NCBI GenBank assembly: GCA_963798055.1
Contig: CAWCRX010000022.1
Span: 345,201-409,200, forward strand
Length of the DNA: 64,000 nucleotides
Origin: an uncultured Actinomycetota bacterium
Lineage (GTDB): Bacteria; Actinomycetota; Actinomycetes; Propionibacteriales; Nocardioidaceae
Direction of reading: 5' to 3'
Part shown: one piece after another, positions 21,748-33,165 of the stretch
How positions within the stretch are numbered: position 1 is the stretch's first letter
Layout: each line of letters begins with the position of its first letter
The notes under the pieces: model-generated
Told to the model about the DNA's origin: nothing
The model's database searches: none
What the model saw: the letters and a program-made list of their open reading frames with translations, nothing else
Position numbers and translations under genes: made by a program

Positions 21748-22899
21748 CTAGGAGACGTTGACCTCTGCCTTGGCGCCGTCGACGGACTCCATGCCCTCGG
21801 CGATCCGCATCGCCTCCTCGATCAGGGTCTCGACGATCTGTGACTCGGGGACGGTCTTGATGACCTCGCCCTTGACGAAGATCTGACCCTTGCCGTTGCC
21901 GCTGGCCACGCCGAGGTCGGCCTCCCTGGCCTCGCCCGGACCGTTGACCACGCAGCCCATGACGGCCACCCGGAGCGGCACCTCGAGCCCGTCGAGCCCG
22001 GCGGTGACCTCTTCGGCCAGCTTGTAGACGTCGACCTGGGCCCGACCGCAGCTGGGGCAGGACACGATCTCGAGCCGGCGCGGCTTCAGGTTGAGCGACT
22101 CGAGGATCTGGATGCCGACCTTGACCTCTTCGACAGGTGGCGCGGAGAGCGAGACCCGGATGGTGTCGCCGATCCCCTGGCTCAGCAGGTGACCGAAGGC
22201 GACCGCCGACTTGATCGTGCCCTGGAACGCCGGGCCGGCCTCGGTGACACCGAGGTGCAGCGGCCAGTCGCCGGCCTCCGCGAGCAGCTCGTAGGCCCGC
22301 ACCATCACGACCGGGTCGTTGTGCTTGACCGAGATCTTGAAGTCGTGGAAGTCGTGCTCCTCGAACAGGCCCGCCTCCCACACGGCCGACTCGACAAGCG
22401 CCTCGGGCGTGGCCTTGCCGTACTTCTCCATCACGCGCTTGTCGAGTGACCCGGCGTTGACACCGATCCGGATGCTGGTGCCGCGGTCCTTGGCGGCGGC
22501 CGCGATCTCCTTGACCTGGTCGTCGAACTTGCGGATGTTGCCGGGGTTGACCCGGACGGCCGCGCAGCCGGCGTCGATGGCGGCGAAGACGTACTTCGGC
22601 TGGAAGTGGATGTCGGCGATGACCGGGATCTGCGAGTGCTGAGCGATCTCCGGCAGCGCGTCGGCGTCGTCCTGGCTCGGGCAGGCCACCCGCACGATGT
22701 CGCAGCCGGTCGCGGTCAGCTCGGCAATCTGCTGGAGGGTCGCGTTGACGTCGGAGGTCAGCGTGGTGGTCATCGACTGGACCGAGACCGGCGACTCGCT
22801 GCCGACGCCGACCTTGCCCACCTTGATCTGGCGGGTCGGGCGCCGCGGCGAGAGCACCGGCGGTGGCGCCTCGGGCATGCCGAGGCTGATGGCGGTCAT
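21748..22899 (-). CDS. ispG: (E)-4-hydroxy-3-methylbut-2-enyl-diphosphate synthase
   Basis: VQSMTTT, IADIHF, RVNPGN, CPSCGR and [10 protein letters not shown]. Confidence 0.97.
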   Translation of the reverse strand: MTAISLGMPEAPPPVLSPRRPTRQIKVGKVGVGSESPVSVQSMTTTLTSDVNATLQQIAELTATGCDIVRVACPSQDDADALPEIAQHSQIPVIADIHFQPKYVFAAIDAGCAAVRVNPGNIRKFDDQVKEIAAAAKDRGTSIRIGVNAGSLDKRVMEKYGKATPEALVESAVWEAGLFEEHDFHDFKISVKHNDPVVMVRAYELLAEAGDWPLHLGVTEAGPAFQGTIKSAVAFGHLLSQGIGDTIRVSLSAPPVEEVKVGIQILESLNLKPRRLEIVSCPSCGRAQVDVYKLAEEVTAGLDGLEVPLRVAVMGCVVNGPGEAREADLGVASGNGKGQIFVKGEVIKTVPESQIVETLIEEAMRIAEGMESVDGAKAEVNVS

Positions 22900-22935
22900 G
22901 GGTTCTAGGTTACGGGCCGCACTCGGCTGGGGCCG

Positions 22936-22984
22936 AGTCGGCGCATCCGCACGAGCAGCGGCAGCGCGCGGATGCGCCGAGACT
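22936..22984. terminator. Stem-loop downstream of rseP
   Basis: GGCGCATCCGC...GCGGATGCGCC inverted repeat. Confidence 0.45.
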
Positions 22985-22987
22985 GGG

Positions 22988-24354
22988 TTAACTGCCGTCG
23001 ATGTGAAGAGGGACGACGAGGTCGCCGACGATCAGGACGATGCCCATGACGAGCAGCGCCGAGGCGACGACGTACGCGACCGGGAGCAGCCTGGCGGCGT
23101 CGACGTACCCGGGGTCGGGACGCCTGCGCAGGCGGGCCACGCCACGGCGCAGCGCCTCCCACAGCGCGCTGGCGATGTGACCGCCGTCGAGCGGCAGCAG
23201 GGGCACGAAGTTGAACACGCCGATGAAGAAGTTGAAGCCGGCGATGAGCGACAGCAGGAAGACCGTCTTCTCCTGGACGGGGAACGTCTCGTGGCTGACC
23301 GTCTCGCCCGCGAACCGACCGCCGCCGACGATGCTGACCGGGCTCTCGGGGTCGCGCTCTTCCAGGCCGACGATGGCCCTGCCCACCCCCCAGACCTTGG
23401 CCGGCAGGTGCACCAGGGCCTTGACGGTCTCGACCGTCATGTCGCCCATCTGGTCGAGCGTGTAGATCGGGCCGCCGGTCTCGGTGACCACCTCCGTGGT
23501 CGGGGACACGCCCAGGAAGCCGACCTGGCGCAGGGTCTCGTCGGTCTCGGACTTGGGCCGGGCCTCGACGGTGGTGTTGGTGGTGCCGGTGAGCGGCTGA
23601 CCGTCTCGCTCGTAGCCGATCACCGCCTCGCCGTCGGAGTTGTCGCGGATCAGCTCCCGGAGCTGGTCCCAGCCGGTGATCGCGGTGCCGTTGAAGCTCG
23701 TGATCGTGTCGCCCGGGCGGAGGCCGGCCGCGGCTGCGGGAGACAGCGGGTCCTGCGGCCGTGCAGGCGCGCCCTTCCTCGGTGTACGGGAGCACGCACT
23801 TGGAGACGGTGGCGATGACCGGGGCTCCCTGCACCGGCTCCTCGGACTTCTGGCCGTAGGTCGCGAAGATGCCCCAGAAGATGAAGAACGCGATCAGGAT
23901 GTTCACCGTGGGGCCGCCGGCCATCACGATGACCTTCTTCCACCACGGCATCTTGTAGAAGAGCCGGTCGCTGTCCTCGGGACCGACGAGCTCCCACTCG
24001 GCGGCCCGGGCATCGGAGATCAGCTGGGTGAACATCCCGGTGTTGGACTTGCGGACCCTGATGCACTTGGCGACCCTGCTCGTCGACCTCGACCGAGTCG
24101 ACCAGCTCCTCCGCCTCGGGCGGGAGCATGCCGACGATCTTGACGTAGCCACCGAGCGGGATCGCCTTGACGCCGTACTCCGTCTCGCCGACCTTCTTGC
24201 TCCACACGGTCGGGCCGAAGCCGATGAAGTACTGCGTGACCTTCCCGCCGAACTTCTTCGCCGGGATCATGTGGCCGAGCTCGTGCAGGCCGATGGAGAC
24301 CAGGATCGCCACGAAGAACAGCACCACGCCGAGCGTGTAGTACAGCGCGGTCAT
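22988..24354 (-). CDS. rseP: M50 site-2 membrane metalloprotease with PDZ domain (frameshifts near 24075 and 23750)
   Basis: [14 protein letters not shown] and [12 protein letters not shown]; between dxr and ispG. Confidence 0.92.
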
Positions 24355-25453
24355 CGGGTGGCTCCCTGGATCAGGCGGGCGGCTTCGTCGCGGGCCCAGG
24401 CGTCGGCGGCCAGGATGTCATCGACGGTGAGCACCTCCGTCGAGCGTACGTCGTGGGTGGCCACCACCTGCTCGATCGTCGGGACGATCTCGGTGAAGCC
24501 GAGCCGCTCCTCGCGGAAGGCGTCCACGCACACCTCGTTGGCGGCGTTGTAGACAGCCGGGGCGGTGCCGCCGCGGGCACCGGCAGTCCGGGCCAGCGCC
24601 ACCGCGGGAAATGCGCTCGTCGTCGAGCGGGAAGAACTCCCAGGTCTCTGCAGAGCGTCCAGTCGACCGCCGGGGCCGCGTCGGGCACCCGTTCGGGCCA
24701 GGCCAGACCGAGCGCGATGGGGATCATCATGGTCGGCGGGCTGGCTTGCACCAGCGTCGAACCATCGACGAACTCGACCATCGAGTGCACCACGCTGGTG
24801 GGGTGGACGACGACGTCGATGCGGTCGAAAGGGATACCGAACAACAGGTTGGCCTCGATCACTTCAAGTCCTTTGTTAACCAAAGTCGCGGAGTTGATGG
24901 TGATGACTGGCCCCATGTTCCAGGTCGGATGTTCCAACGCCTCAGCGACCGTGACGTTACGGAGATCGTCGCGACTTCGGCCCCGGAATGGACCACCGCT
25001 GGCGGTCAGCACCAGCCGTCGTACCTCCTCCGGCGAGCCGCCTCGGAGGCACTGCGCCAGCGCGCTGTGCTCGGAGTCGACAGGCACGATCTGACCGGGC
25101 TTCGCGCGGTCGAGGACCAGCGGGCCGCCCATGATCAGGGACTCCTTGTTGGCCAGCGCGAGGGTCGTGCCGGCGTCGAGTGCGGCCAGCGTCGGACGCA
25201 GACCGACCGCCCCCGTGATCCCGTTGAGGACGACGTCGCAGGCCATCGCCGCGGCCTCGGTGGAGGCCTCCTCTCCGAGGCCGTGGAACGCGGGCGCGAA
25301 CTCCGCCACCTGCTGCTCGAACAGGTCGGGGGTGGATCCGCCGGCCGTCAGGCCCACCACCCGGAACCGGTCGGGGTTGGCGCGCACCAGGTCGAGGGCC
25401 TGGGTCCCGATGGAGCCCGTCGATCCGAGCACCACGATGTCGCGCGCGGTCAC
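24351..25453 (-). CDS. dxr: 1-deoxy-D-xylulose-5-phosphate reductoisomerase (indels near 24610-24650)
   Basis: [40 protein letters not shown] and NAANEV. Confidence 0.96.
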
Positions 25454-25507
25454 CGGCCCATTCTCGCAGCCGGTCCGTCACCCCGGGTTGCTCAGGTCGC
25501 CCGCGGC

Positions 25508-27157
25508 TCACCGCGGGTGAGGTCGTCCTCGCTGGCCAGGTCCGCCTGCACCCGCGGGTCGTCGGTGTCCGCGTAGTAGTCCCCCGGCGACGTGGCGTCG
25601 GTGCCGTTGGAGACCTTGGCCGCGTTGAGCACCAGCGTGAGCACCGGCGGCCACCAGCAGGTTGAGCACGAACGCCGTCATCGCGATGTAGCCCATGTCG
25701 CCGAGGCCCGGGATCTCTCCGAGCGAGCCACCGAAGTGCTTGCCGGTGAGCGGATTGATCACCCGGTAGGCGGCGATCGTCCCGTAGACCATGCCGACCG
25801 CCCAACCGGCCAGCAGCGCCCACCGGTGGAACCAGCGGGTGTAGAGGCTGAACACGACGACCGGGAAGGTCTGCAGGATCCAGATCCCGCCGAGCAGCTG
25901 GAAGTTGATCGCGTTCTGGTTGTCGAGGGTGAGCACGAACCCGAGCGCCACCGCCTTCACCAGGAGCGAGGTCACCTTGGAGACCTGGGCCTCCTGGGCG
26001 GGGGTGGCGTCCTTCTTGAGCCACTCCTTGTAGATGTTGCGGGTGAACGTGTTCGCCGCCGCGATCGACATGATGGCCGCCGGCACCAGCGCACCGATCG
26101 CGATGGCCGCGAAGGCAACCCCGGTGAACCAGTCGGGGAAGAAGTCCTCGAACAGCTGCGGGATCACCAGCTGCGGGTTGTCGACCTCGGTCCCAGCCGC
26201 GATCGCCACCCAGCCGAGCAGCGCGAGCAGCCCGAGCACGAAGGAGTACGCCGGCAGGATGGCCGCGTTGCGCCGGATCGTGTTGCGACTGGCCGAGGAC
26301 AGGCTGGCGGTGATCGAGTGCGGGTACATGAACAACGCCATCGCCGAGCCCAGCGCCAGCGTGGCGTAGGCCCAGGTCTGGCCGTCGCCCGGCATGAACG
26401 CACCCTGAGGCGCGCCGGTCGTCTCGTTGGTGGTGGCCATCTTGTCCTGGGCCGCACCGAAGATCGCGTCCCAGCCGCCCACCTGTCCGGGCAGGTAGAT
26501 GATCGCGACGATGATCACCAGGTAGATCAGGGTGTCCTTGACGAACGCGATCACCGCGGGCGCCCGCAGCCCCGAGGAGTAGGTGAAGGCGGCGAGGACC
26601 GCGAACGCCAGGAACAGCGGAAGATCCCGCACGAACCAGTTGTCGCCGCCGCCGATGCCGGCCACCTCGAGCACCGCCTGGATGCCGACCAGCTGCAGCG
26701 CGATGTAGGGCATCGTCGCGACGAAGCCGGTCACCGCGACCGCGAGCGACAGCGGTCGATGGTCGTACCGGCCGCGGACGAAGTCGGCGGTCGTGACGTA
26801 CCCGTGCCGGTGGCTCACCGACCAGAACCGCGCCATGAAGATGAAGATGATCGGGTAGAGGATGATCGTGTAGGGCACCGCGAAGAAGCCCGCGACCGCA
26901 CCGGTCGCGAACATCGCCGCCGGCACCGCCACGAACGTGTACGCCGTGTAGAGGTCGCCGCCGAGCAGGAACCAGGTCACCCAGGTACCGAACTTCCGGC
27001 CGCCGAGGCCCCACTCGTCGAGGGTGTTCAGGTCGTTGCCTCGCTGGAACCTGGTCGCCATGAACCCGAGCACGGTCACCAGCAGGAACAGCGCGATCAG
27101 GACGCCGAGCGCCACCACGTTCACGTCGGACGCCATCGGCGTCAGCTGGGTGGTCAT
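25508..27157 (-). CDS. Sodium:solute symporter (MctP-like)
   Basis: EWGLGGRKFGTWVTWFLLGGDLYTAYTF; many transmembrane helices; probable indel near the 3' end. Confidence 0.9.
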   Translation of the reverse strand: MTTQLTPMASDVNVVALGVLIALFLLVTVLGFMATRFQRGNDLNTLDEWGLGGRKFGTWVTWFLLGGDLYTAYTFVAVPAAMFATGAVAGFFAVPYTIILYPIIFIFMARFWSVSHRHGYVTTADFVRGRYDHRPLSLAVAVTGFVATMPYIALQLVGIQAVLEVAGIGGGDNWFVRDLPLFLAFAVLAAFTYSSGLRAPAVIAFVKDTLIYLVIIVAIIYLPGQVGGWDAIFGAAQDKMATTNETTGAPQGAFMPGDGQTWAYATLALGSAMALFMYPHSITASLSSASRNTIRRNAAILPAYSFVLGLLALLGWVAIAAGTEVDNPQLVIPQLFEDFFPDWFTGVAFAAIAIGALVPAAIMSIAAANTFTRNIYKEWLKKDATPAQEAQVSKVTSLLVKAVALGFVLTLDNQNAINFQLLGGIWILQTFPVVVFSLYTRWFHRWALLAGWAVGMVYGTIAAYRVINPLTGKHFGGSLGEIPGLGDMGYIAMTAFVLNLLVAAGAHAGAQRGQGLQRHRRHVAGGLLRGHRRPAGAGGPGQRGRPHPR

Positions 27158-27435
27158 CGCTCGTCCTCGTCGGACTCGGCCGGCTGGTCACGGCGCGCCG
27201 AGAGCGTGAGCAGGTAGGCGCACCACGTCATGGCCGAGCAGAGGAACACCCAGAGGAACTGGTACCAGAAGAAGAACGGGAACCCGAACAGCTCGGGATC
27301 GACCTTCGTATAGCTGGGAACCCACATCAGGGCGACGATCGGGATGAGCAGCAGTACCCCTGCCGCGATCATCTTCGGCTTGTCGGTGTGCGGCACTCCG
27401 GGCGCGCGCGACCGCTCGTCGTTCCCGAGACTCAT
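27154..27435 (-). CDS. DUF3311 small membrane protein (symporter partner)
   Basis: LMWVPSY...PELFGFPFFFWYQFLW; start approximate. Confidence 0.85.
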   Translation of the reverse strand: MSLGNDERSRAPGVPHTDKPKMIAAGVLLLIPIVALMWVPSYTKVDPELFGFPFFFWYQFLWVFLCSAMTWCAYLLTLSARRDQPAESDEDER

Positions 27436-27475
27436 GGAGCGGGTGGTACCCACCTAGCCTGGAACTATCCCCCGC

Positions 27476-28904
27476 TCAGTCGAGGCCGTTGGCAGCCGTC
27501 TCCGCGGGCGGCTCGTCGGCGCGCAGCCAGGCGTCGAAGAACCCGTCCAGGTCCGCGCCGCTGATCTCTTCGGCGAGGTCCGTGAACTGCTCGGTGGTCG
27601 CGTTGCCGAAGCGCCGCTCCGCGACCCAGGCCCGCAGCAGCTCGGTGAAGTCAGCGGCGCCGATCACCCGACGAAGTGCGGCCAGCGTCATGCCGCCGCG
27701 CTGGTAGATGGGGAAGCTGAAGATCCGGTTCTTGCCCGGGTCGTCGATGGGGACGTCCCAGAAGTCGCCGGCCTCGTCGAGATCCTCGTACTCCCGCTTG
27801 AGCCACTGCTGCGTGGTCTGCCCGCCGCGCGTCTCGTCGTACCTCGCCTCCATGTAGGTCGCGAAGCCCTCGTTGAGCCAGATGTCGCGCCAGCCGTGCA
27901 CCGACACCGAGTCTCCGAACCACTGGTGCGCGAGCTCGTGGACGACGAGTGAACGGGCGTCGTTGGTGAGCGCGGGGTACGTCGGCCGGGTCTGGTTCTC
28001 GAGCGCGAAGCCGGGGCTCAGCGAGGTGACCAGGCCACCGGTGGAGCCGAACGGGTAGTCACCGAGCTCCTTCTGCAGCCAGACCGTCACCTTGCCGGAC
28101 GCCTGCATGGCCTGCATCGAGGCGCTCCGCTCTCGGTCCGGAAGCCGGCGGGAGACCGCGAGCAACCAGGGGATGCCGCCGGTCTTGCCGCGCCGGACGG
28201 TGAAGTCGCCGGCCGCGAAGAAGGCGAGGTACGACGCCATCGGCTCGCCGCTGTGCCAGTGCGTGGTCGCCAGCCGGCCGTCCACCTTGCGGCTCACTTT
28301 CCGGCCGTTGGAGATGACCTCGCGGTCGCGGCCGGCGGTGATCCGGATGTCGTAGGTGGCCTTGTCGAGCGGATGGTCGTTGCTGGCGAACCACCACGGG
28401 GCCATGTGCGGCTCGTTCATGGTGACGACCTCGTGCCGCGAGGCGAGCCAGTTCCGCTCGCCGGCGTAGCTCACCGGGCCCGGCCTGCCGGCGTACCTCA
28501 CGGTGACCTTGAACTGCTCGTTGGCGGGGATCAGGGAGTCGGGGGTGATCTGCAGCTCGTGCTGGTGGGGCTTGGTGAACGCGACCCGGGCCCCATCGAT
28601 CCGCACTTCGGTGACGCGGAGCAGGAGGTCCAGGTTGAACCGGCTCAGCGGCTCGGTCGCCTTGACCGTGAGGGTGGTCACGCCGGTCAGGCGGCGCTCC
28701 CGGAAGTAGTAGCGGTCCCGCACGTCGTAGGTGAGGACGTCGAGGCCACCGTTGCCGTCGAGCGGGAAGTAGGCGTCGCCGATGCCCGACGCTGCCCTCG
28801 GGCGGAGCGACCGTGATCGCGCTGGAGCCGGGGACCGCAGATGCGGCCAGCACGAGAGCGAGGGCGGGAACGAGTCGGCGTGGGATCGCCCGGGAGACCT
28901 GCAC
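27476..28904 (-). CDS. Secreted M1 family aminopeptidase (frameshift near 28785)
   Basis: GDAYFPLDGNGG, ALENQTRP and VHELAHQWFGDSV..IWLNEGFATY. Confidence 0.9.
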
Positions 28905-28948
28905 CCCCGCAGCCTGTCACAGCTCGCGCGCATGGTGTCATCGAGGGG

Positions 28949-29554
28949 ATGAACGTCTGGTACGCCGCGTACGGCAGCAACCTGTGCGCCGACCGGCTCG
29001 CGTGCTACCTGACCGGTGGCTGTCCGCCCGGTGCCACCAGGACGTACCCCGGCGCCCGGGACGGGGCCCTGCCCACGGATGTGCGGGCCGTGGAGCTCGC
29101 CGGGTGCGTGTACTTCGCCTGGCACTCCTCCACGTGGGGCGGCGGGATCGCGTTCTACGACCCTGATGGTCCGGGTTCGTCCGTCGGGCGCGCCTACCGG
29201 CTCACGCCGGGTCAGCTCTCCGACCTCCTGGAGCAGGAGATGCACCGGGAGCCGGGTGCCGACCACGACCTCAGCGAGCTGCTCGAGGACGGGGTGGCGA
29301 TCCTCGGGGACGGTCGCTACGAGTCGCTGCACGTGGTGGGCGAGCTGGACGGCGAGCCGGTGGTCACGTTCACCTCGCCCGAACGAATGCACGCCGCGGA
29401 CCACAGCCAGCCGTCGGCGGCGTACCTGGCCACGATGGCCCGGGGCCTCGTGGAGGCATACGGCTGGGACGGCGACCGAGTGGCGGCGTACCTGCTCGAG
29501 CGTCCGGGCATCGGTGACTGGGATACGGCCGGGATCCGCGCCCTCGTCGAGTAA
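28949..29554 (+). CDS. Gamma-glutamylcyclotransferase-like protein (often auto-labelled 'histone deacetylase')
   Basis: VWYAAYGSNL, YFA..STWGGGIAFYD and PSAAYL. Confidence 0.7.
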   Translation: MNVWYAAYGSNLCADRLACYLTGGCPPGATRTYPGARDGALPTDVRAVELAGCVYFAWHSSTWGGGIAFYDPDGPGSSVGRAYRLTPGQLSDLLEQEMHREPGADHDLSELLEDGVAILGDGRYESLHVVGELDGEPVVTFTSPERMHAADHSQPSAAYLATMARGLVEAYGWDGDRVAAYLLERPGIGDWDTAGIRALVE

Positions 29555-29699
29555 TTCGGTTGCGCGGTGGAGCCGGGCTCCCCGACCCTGGTCACAGTCA
29601 TCGGAGTCACCGGTGCCCGACGAGAGGAGTGCGACATGTCTACGACTGTCCTTGGCCTGTCCGCAGACCAATTCCTCTCACTTTGGAGCACCCACACCG

Positions 29700-30542
29700 A
29701 TGTCTTCACACACCGACGGAGTTGATCCGTCCTTCGTTTTCGAGTTCAACGCGTACGACGACCTCGGCGACGGCCAACGCTGGTCCACCTGGCTGGAGGT
29801 CGAACCGCTGTCCCGCGGTCCCGAGCCACGCCCGTCCTGGGTCGTGACGTCCCAGGGCGCCATCGACACCGAGCTCGGCATCCTCAAGACCGGCAAGGAG
29901 GCCGACGTCTTCCTGGTCGAGCGCAGCGACCCGCTGGCGCCTGACGAGGGGGTCGTGATGGCGGCCAAGCGGTACCGCAGCCCCGAGCACCGCACCTTCC
30001 ACCGCTCCGCCGCCTACACCGAGGGCCGGAGCATGAAGCGGTCCCGCGACGAGCGGGCGATCAAGCGCAAGAGCACGTTCGGCCGCCTGGTCGCCGCCGG
30101 CGAGTGGGCGATCTCCGAGTGGGGTGCGCTGAACCGCCTCTGGTCGCTCGGCCTGCCGGTGCCCTACCCCGTGCAGATCGACGGCACCGAGATCCTGATG
30201 GAGTGGATCACGGTCGACGGCGAGACCGCCCCGCGGCTGGCCCAGACCCGGCCGGCGCCGGCCCTGCTGGCGTCGTACTACGACCAGCTGCGGGAGGTCC
30301 TCGCGACGATGGTGCAGCACGGCCTCGTGCACGGCGACCTGTCGGCGTACAACATCCTGGCCGCGGGCGACCGACTCGTCGTCATCGACCTGCCGCAGGT
30401 GGTGGATCTGATCGGCAACCCGGCCGGGATGGACTTCCTGATGCGGGACTGCACGAACATCGCCGCCTGGTTCCGGGCCAAGGGCCTCGAGACCGCCGAC
30501 GAGCACGAGCTGTTCGGGGACCTGATGGCGCACGCGTTCTGA
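29700..30542 (+). CDS. RIO1 family atypical kinase
   Basis: LKTGKEADV, AAKRY and HGDLSAYNIL..IDLPQ. Confidence 0.9.
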   Translation: MSSHTDGVDPSFVFEFNAYDDLGDGQRWSTWLEVEPLSRGPEPRPSWVVTSQGAIDTELGILKTGKEADVFLVERSDPLAPDEGVVMAAKRYRSPEHRTFHRSAAYTEGRSMKRSRDERAIKRKSTFGRLVAAGEWAISEWGALNRLWSLGLPVPYPVQIDGTEILMEWITVDGETAPRLAQTRPAPALLASYYDQLREVLATMVQHGLVHGDLSAYNILAAGDRLVVIDLPQVVDLIGNPAGMDFLMRDCTNIAAWFRAKGLETADEHELFGDLMAHAF

Positions 30543-30639
30543 GCACGGAGTGTGACCGGCGTCTAGGAACGGGCAAGTGACCCCTCCGTCAGACCGGTCA
30601 CCACACAGCGACGACGTCGCCCCACCGAGAGGAACTCCG

Positions 30640-30784
30640 ATGACCACCTCCCCTGGTCATCGTCTTCACGCAGAAGGGCACCGGCAACACCGGCACCGAG
30701 GGCAAGTTCTACGCCAAGGTCCGCAAGACCGCCACCTGCAGCGTCGACTTCAGCCCCACCGTGAAGGCCGTCCGCAACGACTGA
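30640..30784 (+). pseudogene. Short gene remnant or frameshifted small protein
   Basis: SD GAGAGGA plus ATG, then an out-of-frame segment with strong GC3 bias: LVIVFTQKGTGNTGTEGKFYAKVRKTATCSVDFSPTVKAVRND*. Confidence 0.4.
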
Positions 30785-30811
30785 GTCGATTCCCATGGGT
30801 AGGTTCGGCGT

Positions 30812-31916
30812 GTGCGACGCAGCCGCGGCCGGATCATCGACATCGAGACGCTCGAGGACTTCGACCACCGGCTCGCCCTAGGCGCCTGTGACCTGTCCGG
30901 CTGGCGCGTGCGTGGACTCGACCTGAAGGGTCGGGTCCACGCTCTCGTTGGCGACTGCACGCTCACCGGGTCGACGTTCCTGGGCTGCACGTTCGGCCCG
31001 GGTGAGGAGTCGGAGCTCGCGGCCGCAGGAGCGCTGGTGCTGCCCGCGATCGGCTCCGCTCCGGTGGACGTCTACCGCGGCCACCTCTATACCGCTGACG
31101 AGCTGTACGACGACCCGTCCTACGCGCGGTCCCTCGACGGCCGTGCGTACTCCTGGTCCCAGGACGCGCACGAGCGGGACGACTCGCTGGCCATCGCCCT
31201 GCACGACCACTCCATCGACGACGCGCTCGCGCTGTGGACGAGCACGCGTCACCTGGTCGGCGTGATGGGCGCGCACTCGGCCGAGCGCGGCACGGAGCGG
31301 TACGCCGCGGCGGCACGGCTCGGCCGGCTGCTCGGCGCCGACCACGTGGTCGCCACGGGCGGTGGACCGGGCTCGATGGAGGCCGCCAACCTCGGCGCAT
31401 CGCTGGCCGCGAAGCCGCCCGACGCACTCGACGAGGCCCTGAAGCGGATCGCCGAGGTGCCGTCGTTCCGCCCGTCGGTCGACGACTGGCTGCGCACCGC
31501 CTTCGCCGTGCGCGACGCGCACCCGGATCCGGCCGAGTCGCTGGGCATTCCGACCTGGCACTACGGGCACGAGCCGCCGAACGTGTTCGCGACCGCGATC
31601 GCGAAGTTCTTCGGCAACCCGGCGCGTGAGGCGCTCCTGCTCGAGGTCTGCGACGCCGGGATCGTGTTCCTCGAGGGCGCGGGCGGCACGGTCCAGGAGA
31701 TCTTCCAGGACGCCTGCGAGAACTATCTACGCGGACGAGTCGTCCGTGGCTCCGATGGTGCTCGTCGGCATGACCTACTGGACCGAGACGCTGCCGGCCT
31801 GGCCCCTCCTCCACTCGCTGGCGCGCGGCCGCGTGATGGAGGACCACATCCACCTCGTCGACAGCCTCGAGGAGGCGGCCGCCGTGGTCAGCCGGCCAGC
31901 AGGTCCGGGCTCCTGA
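30812..31916 (+). CDS. LOG family (Rossmann-fold nucleotide-binding) protein (frameshift near 31725)
   Basis: [28 protein letters not shown] and [11 protein letters not shown]. Confidence 0.85.
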
Positions 31917-33025
31917 GGCCGCCGATCGCCTCGCGGTAGTGCTCGACCAGGGCCGCGTTCACCGCCGGCCAGGACCGGTCCGCCACGCTGCGGCGGGCGG
32001 CCAGGCCCATCCGGGTCCGCAGCAGCGGGTCGGACGCCAGCTTGTCGACGTACGCCGCCAGGTCGGCCGCGACACCCGGCTCGTAGAGGAACCCGGCCAC
32101 TCCGTCGGCGACCACGTCCACCGGCCCGCCCGACCGCGGGGCGACCACGGGCACGCCGGAGGCCAGGGCCTCCTGGGCGGACTGGCAGTAGGTCTCGTAG
32201 CGCCCGGTGTGCACGAACACGTCGAGCGAGGCGTAGGCGGCGCTGAGCTCGTCGCCGTGCAGGACCCCGAGGAAGGACGCCCCGGGGAGCAGGGTGCGCA
32301 ACCGCTGCTCCTCGGGGCCGCCGCCGACGACCACCAGCGCGTAGCGAGGGTCGTCCGCGAGGAGGGTCAGCTGCTCGAGCTCCTTCTCGGGGGCCAGCCG
32401 GCCGACGTACCCGACCAGCAGGCGGCCGTCGGGCGCGATCCGGTGCCGCAGCTCGGCGCTGCGGTGCACGGGGTGGAAGGCCTGCAGGTCGACACCCCGC
32501 GGCCACAACGAGGTGTTGGGGATGCCGAGATCGGCGAGCTGACGCAGGCTGGCCGACGAGGGTGCCAGCGTGCGATCCACGGCGAAGTGGATCCGCCGGG
32601 TCAGCGCGGCCATCGCCCGGACGCCGCCCGGCACGTCGTAGCGGGCCGCGAAACCCACCAGGTCGGTCTGGTAGATCGCCACGGTGGGGATGCCGAGCTC
32701 GGCCGCGGCTCGCGCCGCCTGGTGGCCGAGGGTGGCCGGCGAGGCGATGTGGACGACGTCGGGCTGGAACCGGCGCATCACCGTCGCGGAGCCGCCGCCG
32801 GGTCTCGAGCCCGACCCGGAAGTCGGGGTAGAAGGGGAGGTGCGCGCCGCGCGCGTGGGTCACCGGGAATCCGGCGTACGACGCCGGCCCGGTCGGAGCG
32901 ATCAGCTCCGCCTGGTGCCCCTCGGCCGCCAGGTGCTCCAGCACCCGTCGTACCGAGTTCGTCACCCCGTTGACCTGGGGAAGGAAGGACTCCGCCACCA
33001 CCAGCACCCGCAGCTGCTCGGTCAT
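31888..33025 (-). CDS. GT4 glycosyltransferase, MgtA/PimB-like (frameshift near 32785)
   Basis: [20 protein letters not shown] and [18 protein letters not shown]. Confidence 0.9.
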
Positions 33026-33165
33026 GTCTCGGACGCTAGGAAGGCAACCGCAACGGACGCCGCCTGACACGTGTCGGCCTCGTGAACGCAGGCCGTCGAT
33101 TAACTGGTCCGGACCAGTGCCTGCGTCGCGGCGTGACCCCGGTCACGCGGAGTCGTTGGGCGGGA

